Shown here piece by piece: positions 11,501 to 42,400 of a DNA stretch of 64,000 bases (its first letter is position 1; every line of letters starts with the position of its first letter). The notes below the pieces were generated by a model. The model was not told the DNA's origin, did not search any database, and was given only the letters and a program-made list of their open reading frames with translations. Position numbers and translations under genes: made by a program. Source of the DNA: Macrostomum hystrix (lineage: Eukaryota; Animalia; Platyhelminthes); contig CATNEN010000003.1 of the NCBI GenBank assembly GCA_950097015.1, forward strand, positions 6,324,001 to 6,388,000, in the 5' to 3' direction.

Positions 11501-13950
11501 GTCTGACTAATTGGCTGCCATGTCTGACTAACTGGCTGCCATGTCTGACTAACTGGTTGCCATGTCTGACTAACTGGCTGCCATGTCTGACTAATTGGCT
11601 GCCATGTCTGACTATTGGCTGCCATGTCTGACTAACTGGCTGCCATGTCTGACTAATTGGCTGCCATGTCTGACTATTGGCTGCCATGTCTGACTAATTG
11701 GCTGCCATGTCTGACTAATTAGCTACAATATCTGACTAACTGGCTGCCATGTCTGACTAATTGGCTGCCATGTCTGACTAACTGGCTGCCATGTCTGACT
11801 AATTGGCTGCAATGTCTGACTAATTGGCTGCCATGTCTGACTAATTGGCTGCAATTTGTGACTAATTGGCTGCCATGTCTGACTAATTGGCTGCCATGTC
11901 TGACTAACTGGCTGCCATGTCTAACTAACTGGCTGCCATGTCTGACTAACTGGCTGCCACGTCTGACTAACTGGTTGCCATGTCTGACTAACTGGCTGCC
12001 ATGTCTGACTAACTGGCTGCCATGTCTGACTAACTGGCTGCCATGTCTGACTAACTGGTTGCCATGTCTGACTAACTGGCTGCCATGTCTGACTAATTGG
12101 CTGCAATGTCTGACTAATTGGCTGCAATGTCTGACTAATTGGCTGCCATGTCTGACTAATTGGCTGCCATGTCTGACTAACTGGCTGCCATGTCTAACTA
12201 ACTGGCTGCCATGTCTGACTAATTGGCTGCAATGTCTGACTAATTGGCTGCAATGTCTGACTAACTGGCTGCCATGTCTGACTAATTGGCTGCAATGTCT
12301 GACTAATTGGCTGCAATGTCTGACTAATTGGCTGTAATGTCTGACTAATTGGCTGCCATGTCTGACTAACTGGCTGTCATGTCTGACTAATTGGCTGCAA
12401 TGTCTGACTAATTGGCTGCCATGTCTGACTAATTGGCTGCAATGTCTGACTAATTGGCTACAATGTCTGACTAACTGGCTGCCATGTCTGACTAAGTGGC
12501 TGCAATTTCTGACTAATTGGCTGCAATTTCTGACTAATTGGCTGCAATGTCTGACTAATTGGCTGCCATGTCTGACTAAGTGGCTGCAATTTCTGACTAA
12601 TTGGCTGCAATTTCTGACTAATTGGCTGCAATGTCTGACTAATTGGCTGCCATGTCTGACTAAGTGGCTGCAATTTCTGACTAATTGGCTGCAATGTCTG
12701 ACTAATTGGCTGCAATGTCTGACTAACTGGCTGCCATGTCTGACTAACTGGTTGCCATGTCTGACTAACTGGCTGCCATGTCTGACTAACTGGCTGCCAT
12801 GTCTGACTAACTGGCTGCCATGTCTGACTAACTGGTTGCCATGTCTGACTAACTGGTTGCCATGTCTGACTAATTGGCTGCCATGTCTGACTAACTGGCT
12901 GCCATGTCTGACTAATTGGCTGCCATGTCTGACTAACTGGCTGCCATGTCTGACTAACTGGTTGCCATGTCTGACTAACTGGCTGCCATGTCTGACTAAC
13001 TGGCTGCCATGTCTGACTAACTGGTTGCCATGTCTGACTAACTGGCTGCCATGTCTGACTAATTAGCTACAATATCTGACTAACTGGCTGCCATGTCTGA
13101 CTAATTGGCTGCCATGTCTGACTAATTGGCTGCCATGTCTGACTAACTGGCTGCCATGTCTGACTAACTGGCTGCCACGTCTGACTAACTGGTTGCCATG
13201 TCTGACTAACTGGCTGCCATGTCTGACTAACTGGCTGCAATGTCTGACTAACTGGCTGCCATGTCTGACTAACTGGTTGCCATGTCTGACTAACTGGCTG
13301 CCATGTCTGACTAATTGGCTGCAATGTCTGACTAATTGGCTGCAATGTCTGACTAATTGGCTGCCATGTCTGACTAATTGGCTGCCATGTCTGACTAACT
13401 GGCTGCCATGTCTAACTAACTGGCTGCCATGTCTGACTAATTGGCTGCAATGTCTGACTAATTGGCTGCAATGTCTGACTAACTGGCTGCCATGTCTGAC
13501 TAATTGGCTGCAATGTCTGACTAATTGGCTGCAATGTCTGACTAATTGGCTGCAATGTCTGACTAATTGGCTGCCATGTCTGACTAACTGGCTGTCATGT
13601 CTGACTAATTGGCTGCAATGTCTGACTAATTGGCTGCCATGTCTGACTAATTGGCTGCAATGTCTGACTAATTGGCTACAATGTCTGACTAACTGGCTGC
13701 CATGTCTGACTAAGTGGCTGCAATTTCTGACTAATTGGCTGCAATTTCTGACTAATTGGCTGCAATGTCTGACTAATTGGCTGCCATGTCTGACTAAGTG
13801 GCTGCAATTTCTGACTAATTGGCTGCAATTTCTGACTAATTGGCTGCAATGTCTGACTAATTGGCTGCCATGTCTGACTAAGTGGCTGCAATTTCTGACT
13901 AATTGGCTGCAATTTCTGACTAATTGGCTGCAATGTCTGACTAATTGGCC
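8544..13950. repeat. 5.4-kb 21-bp satellite (gactaa[c/t]tggctgc[c/a]atgtct) with higher-order structure
   Basis: 21-bp period; the rare variant tagctacaatatc occurs at 8782, 9748, 11092, 11720 and 13064. Confidence 0.98.
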
Positions 13951-14566
13951 GCCAAGTCTGACGTTTATGTTTAGGACTTATTAAAGAAATAAGAAATAAT
14001 GTTAAAGACAGTTGTTAAGCAACATAATACATGAATAAATTACGATTAAGTCACTGAGACAAGATAATATATTGTTTTTATTACACCATGAACTATTTTG
14101 TGAACGAACAAACACAAAAATCCTTAAGTTGCTAAAGATAAAAATGTGCCAAACTATGAATAGGGGACTCCATATCAAACTTGAGAAAATTCAGCTTTAA
14201 ATTCCCTGGCAATGTACAGTTCCCGACTGTAAAAACTGAACATTACATATTGTTAAAAGTACACTGAACATCTAAATGTACATTGAGAAATCACAGAAAA
14301 ATAACACAAAATCATTATGAAGAGTTTAAAATAATGGACGCCGTATTCTGATTTTAAAATTAAATTCACAAAATGAAAAAAAAATGCCTGAACTGAAGAA
14401 ACATTTTTTATCTATTTTTCTCTGACTCAGCACATTGCGCTGTAACTACTACTCATAGGCTGATTGGCAAGTAGCGCAAAGTGCGCATAGTTTTGTGTCT
14501 TCTTTGTCAGTTTTCTGTGGTCTTCGTCGAATTCTTTTATTGTCTTCCATTGTGACGATGGTTTTG

Positions 14567-31802
<17,236 letters not shown>

Positions 31803-33152
31803 TATAATTAGGAACTAACTCTCTTTTTGCTTTTTTACGAACCCTACGCCTCAAGCTTTTAGAGCTGTGAACACATATATAAGCGTATTGTTTCAGTCCT
31901 AAATAGACGCAAATCGCGTCTTACAAAACTGTTAAATTATATAAGATTTTCATTACCACGACAATTTTGAAAATTCGACTTGAAAAAAAATAAAAGTTAA
32001 TACAAGTGAACTGTCATATAATTTTTATTTTAAGAAAAGGCTTTAGGTTTTTAAGACTCAGGATTATCTAAATAAATACTTTGTGATAAGTGCATATTTA
32101 GTTTCTACTTGACTGTAGTTTTGTTTGTTTACTTTCAAGCTGCGCGATAAAGTATAACTTTTCAGTTTCTAAGAATAATCCATGCTATTTGATAACTCAG
32201 GTCACATTCGAGTTTTACTTTATCGTCCATTTATTTTTCCTAAAAAAGTTTTCAATACTTAATTATTAAAAAAAACTCTCTTCCCACCTTCAGCATAGAG
32301 CATGTCTGTTAATAATCCTGTAATACAGATGAACCGTGGCTTCCTTATATTTTCATATATTGTTTTATTATCTGATTATCATACATGGTAATTGATGGAA
32401 TAATTAGTAGGGATAGTTGTGCGAGCTATCTCCCACACAATATCAAACTATTTGAAACTAAAGGTATAGCATTAGTTTGACAGGTTCTTTAGCTGAAGTA
32501 GCTTTTCAATAAAAAAATAACTATATATAGGCATAGCAAGCTGCATAATATCCCACAATCAATACATTGAGCCACAAAATCGCAAAACGTTACTCATAAG
32601 TAAATGTCCAAGTCAATTTCAATAAAAATAAACTATAAAACATTCTAGTTTTGTATGAAGTTTTGAAATATATATATTTCGTTTAAATACTCATTTAGCT
32701 AGATTATTACTTATTAAATGTAAAAAATTATAAGATTTTAGTAATGTTTGTAATAAAATATTGAATATTGTATTAACTTTCTATATTGTGAAGTTGTTAT
32801 GATGTATATGTTGACAGAGAGTTTAGACTATAAAAAAACAAAATTGGTGAGACACTAGGCAGAAATAAAATGTTCTGATTTTTACACATAAAAATAGACA
32901 AAATGGTCCAGAGCACTTTGTAATGTCTGTATAGCAGATTATTTTAAGTATTATAATGATTATTTTTAAATAACGTGGTTTATCTTTGTTTCAGACATCA
33001 ATTGACAAGAACAACCCAAAGACAAAATCGATCTACTCAACATCACTAAAAAAGTAGAACAACACCTATTGCTATTTATTTACCCCAGGAATATCATGAC
33101 TGGTTAAAGGAGCTGTTTTATAACTGCACTTATTAATTCTAACTCAAAGTCT
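31803..33152. promoter_or_regulatory. AT-rich interval between the divergent LMO7-like and PLCL-like start codons (putative bidirectional promoter and 5' UTRs)
   Basis: Start codons 1.35 kb apart on opposite strands; no satellites; acceptor tttgtttcag ending at 32994. Confidence 0.5.
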
Positions 33153-33417
33153 ATGGCTGACACTAATGGCGACAGTAGCAACACTGCCATCGCAGCTTCA
33201 ACGGCTCAGATGCACACAGCTCAATCGTCGACATCTTCAATGACTGCAGCCGCACCAGCTGCTGCGCGCACAGTGAAGCTTCAAGGCCTACTAAAACTGC
33301 AAGGTCAAGACTCCAGCAGCAGCATTGGAAGTAGCGCAGCCTCCCCTCCTCCCACACAGAAGAAGTCTGTCTCATTTCTCTCTTCATCGTTTGATAAAGG
33401 CATTCGAGTGATCGATG
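33153..33417 (+). CDS. PLCL1: PLCL-like exon 1 (RVxF-type KKSVSF motif)
   Basis: [23 protein letters not shown]|gtgagc. Confidence 0.85.
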
Positions 33418-36400
33418 GTGAGCAGAAATTAGATTTTTAGCAATGACTATGAGCTGCATCTGAAAGTATGTTGGGGGCTTTTAATACAAGTTGGAGTTTC
33501 CTCAAATTCCCGTCAGTTCTACTGCTCTAAATCTCTATTACCCTCCCCCCAAATCCCCTCAAATCCTCAGTGACCTCAAATTCCCAGTGGTCCGAGAAAT
33601 CCCATGCGGTACCCTAAATCCCCTGTGGTCCGATAAATCCCAAGTGCTCCCCAAATCCTCATTGGCCCCAAATCCTCATTGGCCCCAAATCCTCATTGGC
33701 CCCAAATCCTCATTGGCCCCCAAATCCTCAGTGACCCCCAAATCCTCATTGGCCCCCAAATCCTCAGTGACCCCCAAATCCTCATTGGCCCCCAAATCCT
33801 CATTGGCCCCAAATCCTCAGTGACCCCCAAATCCTGATTGGCCCCAAATCCTCAGTGACCCCCAAATCCTCAGTGACCCCAAATCCTCATTGGCCCCCAA
33901 ATCCTCATTGTGCCCCAAATCCTCATTGGCCCCCAAATCCTCATTGGCCCCCAAATTCTCAGTGACCTCCGAATCCTCAGTGACCCCCAAATCCTCATTG
34001 GCCCCCAAATCCTCATTGTGCCCCAAATCCTCAGTGACCCCCAAATTCTCATTGGCCCCCAAATCCTCATTGTGCCCCAAATCCTCAGTGACCCCCAAAT
34101 CCTCATTGGCCCCCAAATCCTCAGTGACCCCCCAAATCCTCATTGGCCCCCAAATCCTCATTGACTCCAAATCCTCAGTGACAACCAAATCCCCTGCGGT
34201 GTCCTAAATTCCTTTTGTTCCGCTAAAATCCCCTGTTGTCCCCTAAATCCCATGCGGCCACTTAATTTTCAGTGGCCCAAATTCCTCTGCATGTCTTATA
34301 ATTTACTCTAGTATCTTTAAAGTAGGAAATAAATATAATACCGTATTAACTGACAAGTATGATATATCAGCTGAATTCTATTAACCTTTGAGCTGCTATA
34401 TCTTTAATTGACAGACAGAATACTTTTATATTTAAGTATATCCAGTCTACTATTAGCAACTATACTGGAACTAAATGATAACTATATGATTGGCTAAGTC
34501 TGTTCACACGGAAGTCCATCCAAAATAATATATAAGATGGATTTTTTGCGAGCACCAGTGTGACCGACTATTGGCAGCTTAGAGACAGATAAGATGGATT
34601 AGTCCGCTAACTGTGTGTGCGTGCTGTATTGCTGTGTGAATCTATATTATTATATTTTGCTTACACATAGCAATGCTAATTAGTTTGTTAATTTATTTTC
34701 TTGCTTAGAAAAGAGGGCATGCAGGGTATATAGATTTTAGCCTGAAACTACGGAAACGTGACAATTAAAAAGGAATCTATTTTTCAAATCATAGAACACT
34801 AGACTGTTTAGAACCTGGCGAGACATTTCTGATAGACTACTTTTATGGACTATTCACAGAATCTCTATATCATTCACAGAATCTCTATACCATTCACAGA
34901 ATCTCTATACAATTCACATAATCTCTATACCATTCACAGAATCTCTATACCATTCACAGAATCTCTATACCATTCACAGAATCTCTATACCATTCACAGA
35001 ATCTCTATATCATTCACAGAATCTCTATATCATTCACAGAATCTCTATACCATTCACAGAATCTCTATACCATTCACAGAATCTCTATACCATTCACAGA
35101 ATCTCAGTATCATTCACAGAATCTCTATACCATTCACAGAATCTCTATATCATTCACAGAATCTCTATACCATTCACAGAATCTCTATATCATTCACAGA
35201 ATCTCTATATCATTCACAGAATCTCTATATCATTCACAGAATCTCTATATCATTCACAGAATCTCTATATCATTCACAGAATCTCTATAGTATTCACAGA
35301 ATCTCTATGCCATTCACAGAATCTCTATATCATTCACAGAATCTCTATACCATTCACAGATTCTCTATGCCATTCACAGAATCTCTATACCATTCACAGA
35401 ATCTCTATACCATTCACAGAATCTCTATACCATTCACAGAATCTCTATACCATTCACATTCCTCACTAAAGTCCACGGACTGAACAGCTGTGTACATAGC
35501 CTTCTGATGCGCAGCGGTTGTGCTACTGGATTTACAGCACATAAATTTTTGCACATCTGACCTATCTGTTATTTTTATCTAAAAAAATTATTTTTATTCC
35601 CAAAACCTTAGCCCCAGATTGCGTTAAGTACATGCGAGACGGCACCGAACTATTGAAGATCAGATCCAGCGGGCGGCATTTCAAACGCTTCTTCTTTCTG
35701 GACACCGAGACTATGGAGATTCGATGGAACCCGTCTTCTAAGAAGAGGCAGAAAGCCAAGCGTGAGTTGCCCATGTCTCATTGGCCTCTAACATCACGCT
35801 CCGCACAACCACCTCACTCCGCAAAACCACCTCACTCCGCACAACCACCTCACTCCGCACAACCACCTCACTCCGCACAACCACCTCACTCCGCACAACC
35901 AACCACCTCACTCCGCACAACCACCTTACTCCGCACAACCACCTCACTCCGCACAACCACCCCACTCCCTAGCCTGCATTCTTAACTCTATAGCACCATC
36001 AAAGGCGACTATAAATGATTGGTTAAAGCCTTGTTATTTAAGATAAAGCATTTTATTGCAGCCAAAAGCCATCTTTATCTAGGCTGGCAATTATAAAAAG
36101 TGGAGCCAAAATGGAGTTACGCAGTATGTTTCACGAGCTTAAGGAAACTGTGGCGTCCAATATTTTATACATGTTCTATTTCTTTGTGCTAGAACATTTA
36201 TCAGTTTTCGAGTTTTACAACGCGTTTACTAGATGGTTAGGAACAGTATGCTTGGACTAAACTGGCTAGTACCAAAATACCAAAGCTCTCATCCTTCCAT
36301 AACGCCGCAAATGGTAGTGTTACCGGGGATAATAAATAAGGACTGCCTGACTTCATGTCTTAGGATTAATTATAATGCCGGGGCCTTATCATCTCCTCTA

Positions 36401-39400
36401 GATAGGCGCATTCTTGTGATAACAAGCGCACGAGACCCTCATCACACTAGCCGTACCATGATGCCATTTTGCAGTACGCAGTGCGTACGCCGTCTTCTGC
36501 AGTATTATGTACACTACAAAGTCCATCATCTTGTCTGTTGTTCAGTAATGTAGAATAGATTAGCAATCCAGTGCCATCTAGAATAGATTAGCAATCCAGT
36601 GCGATCTAGAATAGATTAGCAATCCAGTGTGATGTAGAATAGATTAGCAATCCAGTGCGATCTAGAATAGATTAGCAATCCAGTGTGATGCAGAATAGAT
36701 TAGCAATCCAGTGCGATCTAGAATAGATTAGCAATCAATTGTCATGTAGAATAGATTAGCAATCAATTATAATGTAGTATAGATTAGCAATCCAGTGTCC
36801 TGTAGTATAGATTTGCAATCCAGTGTGATGCAGAATAGATTAGCAATCCAGTGTCATTTAGAATAGATTAGCAATCCAGTGCCATCTAGAATAGATTAGC
36901 AATCCAGTGCCATCTAGAATAGATTAGCAATCCAGTGCCATCAAGAATAGATTAGCAGTCCAGTGCCATCAAGAATAGATTAGCAATCCAGTGTCATGTA
37001 GAATAGATTAGCAATCCAGTGTCATTTAGAATAGATTAGCAATCCAGTGTGATGCAGAATAGATTAGCAATCCAGTGTGATGCAGAATAGATTAGCAATC
37101 CAGTGCCATGTAGAATAGATTAGCAGTCCAGTGCCATCAAGAATAGATTAGCAATCCAGTGTCATGTAGAATAGATTAGCAATCCAGTGTCATTTAGAAT
37201 AGATTAGCAATCCAGTGTGATGCAGAATAGATTAGCAATCCAGTGTGATGCAGAATAGATTAGCAATCCAGTGCCATGTAGAATAGATTAGCAATCCAGT
37301 GCCATGTAGAATAGATTAGCAATCCAGTGTCATTTAGAATAGATTAGCAATCCAGTGCCATGTAGAATAGATTAGCAATCCAGTGCGATCTAGAATAGAT
37401 TAGCAATCCAGTGCCATCAAGAATAGATTAGCAATCCAGTGTCATTTAGAATAGATTAGCAATCCAGTGCCATGTAGAATAGATTAGCAATCCAGTGCCA
37501 TGTAGAATAGATTAGCAATCCAGTGTCATTTAGAATAGATTAGCAATCCAGTGCCATGTAGAATAGATTAGCAATCCAGTGTCATTTAGAATAGATTAGC
37601 AATCCAGTGCCATGTAGAATAGATTAGCAATCCAGTGCGATCTAGAATAGATTAGCAATCCAGTGCCATCTAGAATAGATTAGCAATCCAGTGCCATCTA
37701 GAATAGATTAGCAATCCAGTGCCATCAAGAATAGATTAGCAATCCAGTGCCATCTAGAATAGATTAGCAATCCAGTGCCATCTAGAATAGATTAGCAATC
37801 CAGTGCCATCTAGAATAGATTAGCAATCCAGTGCCATCAAGAATAGATTAGCAATCCAGTGCCATCTAGAATAGATTAGCAATCCAGTGCCATCTAGAAT
37901 AGATTAGCAATCCAGTGCCATCAAGAATAGATTAGCAATCCAGTGCCATCTAGAATAGATTAGCAATCCAGTGCCATCTAGAATAGATTAGCAGTCCAGT
38001 GGCATCTAGAATAGATTAGCAGTCCAGTGCCATCTAGAATAGATTAGCAGTCCAGTGCCATCTAGAATAGATTAGCAATCCAGTGCCATGTAGAATAGAT
38101 TAGCAATCCAGTGCCATCTAGAATAGATTAGCAATCCAGTGCCATCAAGAATAGATTAGCAATCCAGTGTGATGTAGAATAGATTAGCAATCAATTGTCA
38201 TGTAGAATAGATTAGCAATCAATTGTCATGTAGAATAGATTAGCAATCAATTGTCATGTAGAATAGATTAGCAATCAATTGTCATGTAGTATAGATTAGC
38301 AATCCAGTGTCATGTAGTATAGATTAGCAATCCAGTGCCATCTAGAATAGATTAGCAGTCCAGTGCCATCTAGAATAGATTAGCAGTCCAGTGCCATCTA
38401 GAATAGATTAGCAGTCCAGTGCCATCTAGAATAGATTAGCAATCCAGTGCCATGTAGAATAGATTAGCAATCCAGTGCCATCAAGAATAGATTAGCAATC
38501 CAGTGCCATCAAGAATAGATTAGCAATCCAGTGCCATGTAGAATAGATTAGCAATCCAGTGCCATCTAGAATAGATTAGCAATCCAGTGTGATGCAGAAT
38601 AGATTAGCAATCCAGTGCCATGTAGAATAGATTAGCAATCCATTGTCATGTAGAATAGATTAGCAATCAATTGTCATGTAGAATAGATTAGCAATCAATT
38701 GTCATGTAGAATAGATTAGCAATCAATTGTCATGTAGTATAGATTAGCAATCCAGTGTCATGTAGTATAGATTAGCAATCCAGTGCCATCTAGAATAGAT
38801 TAGCAGTCCAGTGCCATCTAGAATAGATTAGCAGTCCAGTGCCATCTAGAATAGATTAGCAGTCCAGTGCCATCTAGAATAGATTAGCAATCCAGTGCCA
38901 TGTAGAATAGATTAGCAATCCAGTGCCATCAAGAATAGATTAGCAATCCAGTGCCATCAAGAATAGATTAGCAATCCAGTGCCATGTAGAATAGATTAGC
39001 AATCCAGTGCCATCTAGAATAGATTAGCAATCCAGTGCCATCAAGAATAGATTAGCAATCCAGTGCCATCTAGAATAGATTAGCAATCCAGTGCCATGTA
39101 GAATAGATTAGCAATCCAGTGCCATCTAGAATAGATTAGCAATCCAGTGCCATCAAGAATAGATTAGCAATCCAGTGCCATCTAGAATAGATTAGCAATC
39201 CAGTGCCATGTAGAATAGATTAGCAATCCAGTGCCATCTAGAATAGATTAGCAATCCAGTGCCATCTAGAATAGATTAGCAATCCAGTGCCATCTAGAAT
39301 AGATTAGCAATCCAGTGCCATCTAGAATAGATTAGCAATCCAGTGCCATCTAGAATAGATTAGCAATCCAGTGCCATCAAGAATAGATTAGCAATCCAGT

Positions 39401-42400
39401 GCCATCTAGAATAGATTAGCAATCCAGTGCCATCTAGAATAGATTAGCAATCCAGTGCCATCTAGAATAGATTAGCAATCCAGTGCCATCAAGAATAGAT
39501 TAGCAATCCAGTGCCATCTAGAATAGATTAGCAATCCAGTGCCATCTAGAATAGATTAGCAATCCAGTGCCATCAAGAATAGATTAGCAATCCAGTGCCA
39601 TCTAGAATAGATTAGCAATCCAGTGCCATCTAGAATAGATTAGCAATCCAGTGCCATCTAGAATAGATTAGCAGTCCAGTGCCATCAAGAATAGATTAGC
39701 AATCCAGTGCCATCTAGAATAGATTAGCAATCCAGTGCCATCTAGAATAGATTAGCAATCCAGTGCCATCTAGAATAGATTAGCAATCCAGTGCCATCAA
39801 GAATATATTAGCAATCCAGTGCCATCTAGAATAGATTAGCAATCCAGTGCCATCTAGAATAGATTAGCAATCCAGTGCCATCTAGAATAGATTAGCAATC
39901 CAGTGCCATCAAGAATAGATTAGCAATCCAGTGCCATCTAGAATAGATTAGCAATCCAGTGCCATCTAGAATAGATTAGCAATCCAGTGCCATCAAGAAT
40001 AGATTAGCAATCCAGTGCCATCTAGAATAGATTAGCAATCCAGTGCCATCTAGAATAGATTAGCAATCCAGTGCCATCTAGAATAGATTAGCAATCCAGT
40101 GCCATCAAGAATAGATTAGCAATCCAGTGCCATCTAGAATAGATTAGCAATCCAGTGCCATCTAGAATAGATTAGCAATCCAGTGCCATCAAGAATAGAT
40201 TAGCAATCCAGTGTCATGTAGAATAGATTAGCAATCCAGTGCCATGTAGAATAGATTAGCAATCCAGTGCCATGTAGAATAGATTAGCAATCCAGTGTCA
40301 TTTAGAATAGATTAGCAATCCAGTGTGATGTAGAATAGATTAGCAATGCAGTGTGATGCAGAATAGATTAGCAATCCAGTGCCATCTAGAATAGATTAGC
40401 AATCCAGTGCCATCTAGAATAGATTAGCAATCCAGTGCCATCTAGAATAGATTAGCAATCCAGTGCCATCTAGAATAGATTAGCAATCCAGTGCCATCAA
40501 GAATAGATTAGCAGTCCAGTGCCATCAAGAATAGATTAGCAATCCAGTGCCATCAAGAATAGATTAGCAATCCAGTGCCATGTAGAATAGATTAGCAATC
40601 CAGTGCCATCTAGAATAGATTAGCAATCCAGTGCCATCTAGAATAGATTAGCAATCCAGTGCCATCTAGAATAGATTAGCAATCCAGTGCCATCTAGAAT
40701 AGATTAGCAATCCAGTGCCATCAAGAATAGATTAGCAATCCAGTGCCATCTAGAATAGATTAGCAATCCAGTGCCATCTAGAATAGATTAGCAATCCAGT
40801 GCCATCTAGAATAGATTAGCAATCCAGTGCCATCTAGAATAGATTAGCAATCCAGTGCCATCTAGAATAGATTAGCAATCCAGTGCCATCTAGAATAGAT
40901 TAGCAATCCAGTGCCATCAAGAATAGATTAGCAATCAATTGTCATGTAGTATAGATTAGCAATCCAGTGCCATCTAGAATAGATTAGCAATCCAGTACCA
41001 TCTAGAATAGATTAGCAATCCAGTGCCATCTAGAATAGATTAGCAATCCAGTGCCATCTAGAATAGATTAGCAATCCAGTGCCATCTAGAATAGATTAGC
41101 AATCCAGTGCCATCTAGAATAGATTAGCAATCCAGTGCCATCTAGAATAGATTAGCAATCCAGTGCCATCTAGAATAGATTAGCAATCCAGTGCCATCTA
41201 GAATAGATTAGCAATCCAGTGCCATCTAGAATAGATTAGCAATCCAGTGCCATCTAGAATAGATTAGCAATCCAGTGCCATCTAGAATAGATTAGCAATC
41301 CAGTGCCATCTAGAATAGATTAGCAATCCAGTGCCATCAAGAATAGATTAGCAATCCAGTGTCATGTAAAATCATTTGTAATGAATACTACTTATACTAT
41401 TTTGTGTCATAGATGCGACTGTAATATACCATCGGGGTTGTATATGGGAAATTAAAAGCACTTCCTGTATCTATGAGAGACGCAGGGTCTGTTTTGCCAA
41501 GCGGAATATCTGTCACGGATAAATGGAAAATGATATGATGATTAACGATTATCCTATTTGCGTGTAATATTAGTCAGTTAATATCTTTTGGTCTGCTTTC
41601 GTGAAGTAGTCACGGAAGTTTAGATAAGTTGCATAGCTCGAGGGTAGATAATATTGTCAGATATTTTTTCGCTTCTCGGGTGACAGTTTTTTGCTTTTGG
41701 GAATATGATCCAGTTGCTAACGCAGTATTTATCCCATTTTTAGGATGAGACTTTAAAAGGATCCTCTGTGAATTCAGTTTTCTTTGTACTCAAGCTTCTG
41801 ATTGAGCTATTGTGGGTTAATAATATACCCTCTCTTTTTTACCATGTCCGACCATCTCAACTTATTCTATATTTTCTCATCTCATCGCGTTTCTTTTTGT
41901 CTTATCTTATCTGCATCTTATCTCATGTCATCTATTCTCATCTCATCTAATCTAATATCATCTCATCTTATCTCATCTAATCTCATCTAATCTCATCTCA
42001 TCTAATCTAATCTAATCTCATCTTATATCATCTAATCTCATCTAATCTCATCTCATCTCATCTAATCTCACCTTATCTAATCTAATCTAATCTCATCTTA
42101 TCTAATCTAATCTAATCTAATTTCATCTCATCTTATCTCATCTAATCTCATCTCATCTCATCTAATCTCATCTAATCTAATCTCATCTCATTCTATCTCA
42201 TCTAATCTCATCTCATCTTTTCTCATCTTATCTAATCCCTTCTCTTCTCATCTTATCTCATCTCGTCTAATCTCATCTAATCGAATCGTATGTCATCTTA
42301 TCTTATCTAATCTCATCTCGTCTAATCTCATCTCATCTAATCTAATATCATCTCATCTTATCTCATCTAATCTCATCTCATCTTATCTAATCTCATCTGA

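Noticed and set aside
7194-13984. Long ORFs such as (SSISQFVDLSVRRSLS)n and (LTNWLPC)n
   Set aside because: Translations of 16- and 21-bp satellites; open on both strands with no unique flanking coding sequence.
36550-41367. CRISPR-like array (constant part plus variable part)
   Set aside because: The variable part is only a few recurring point variants of a 28-bp unit; no unique spacers, no cas genes, eukaryotic context.
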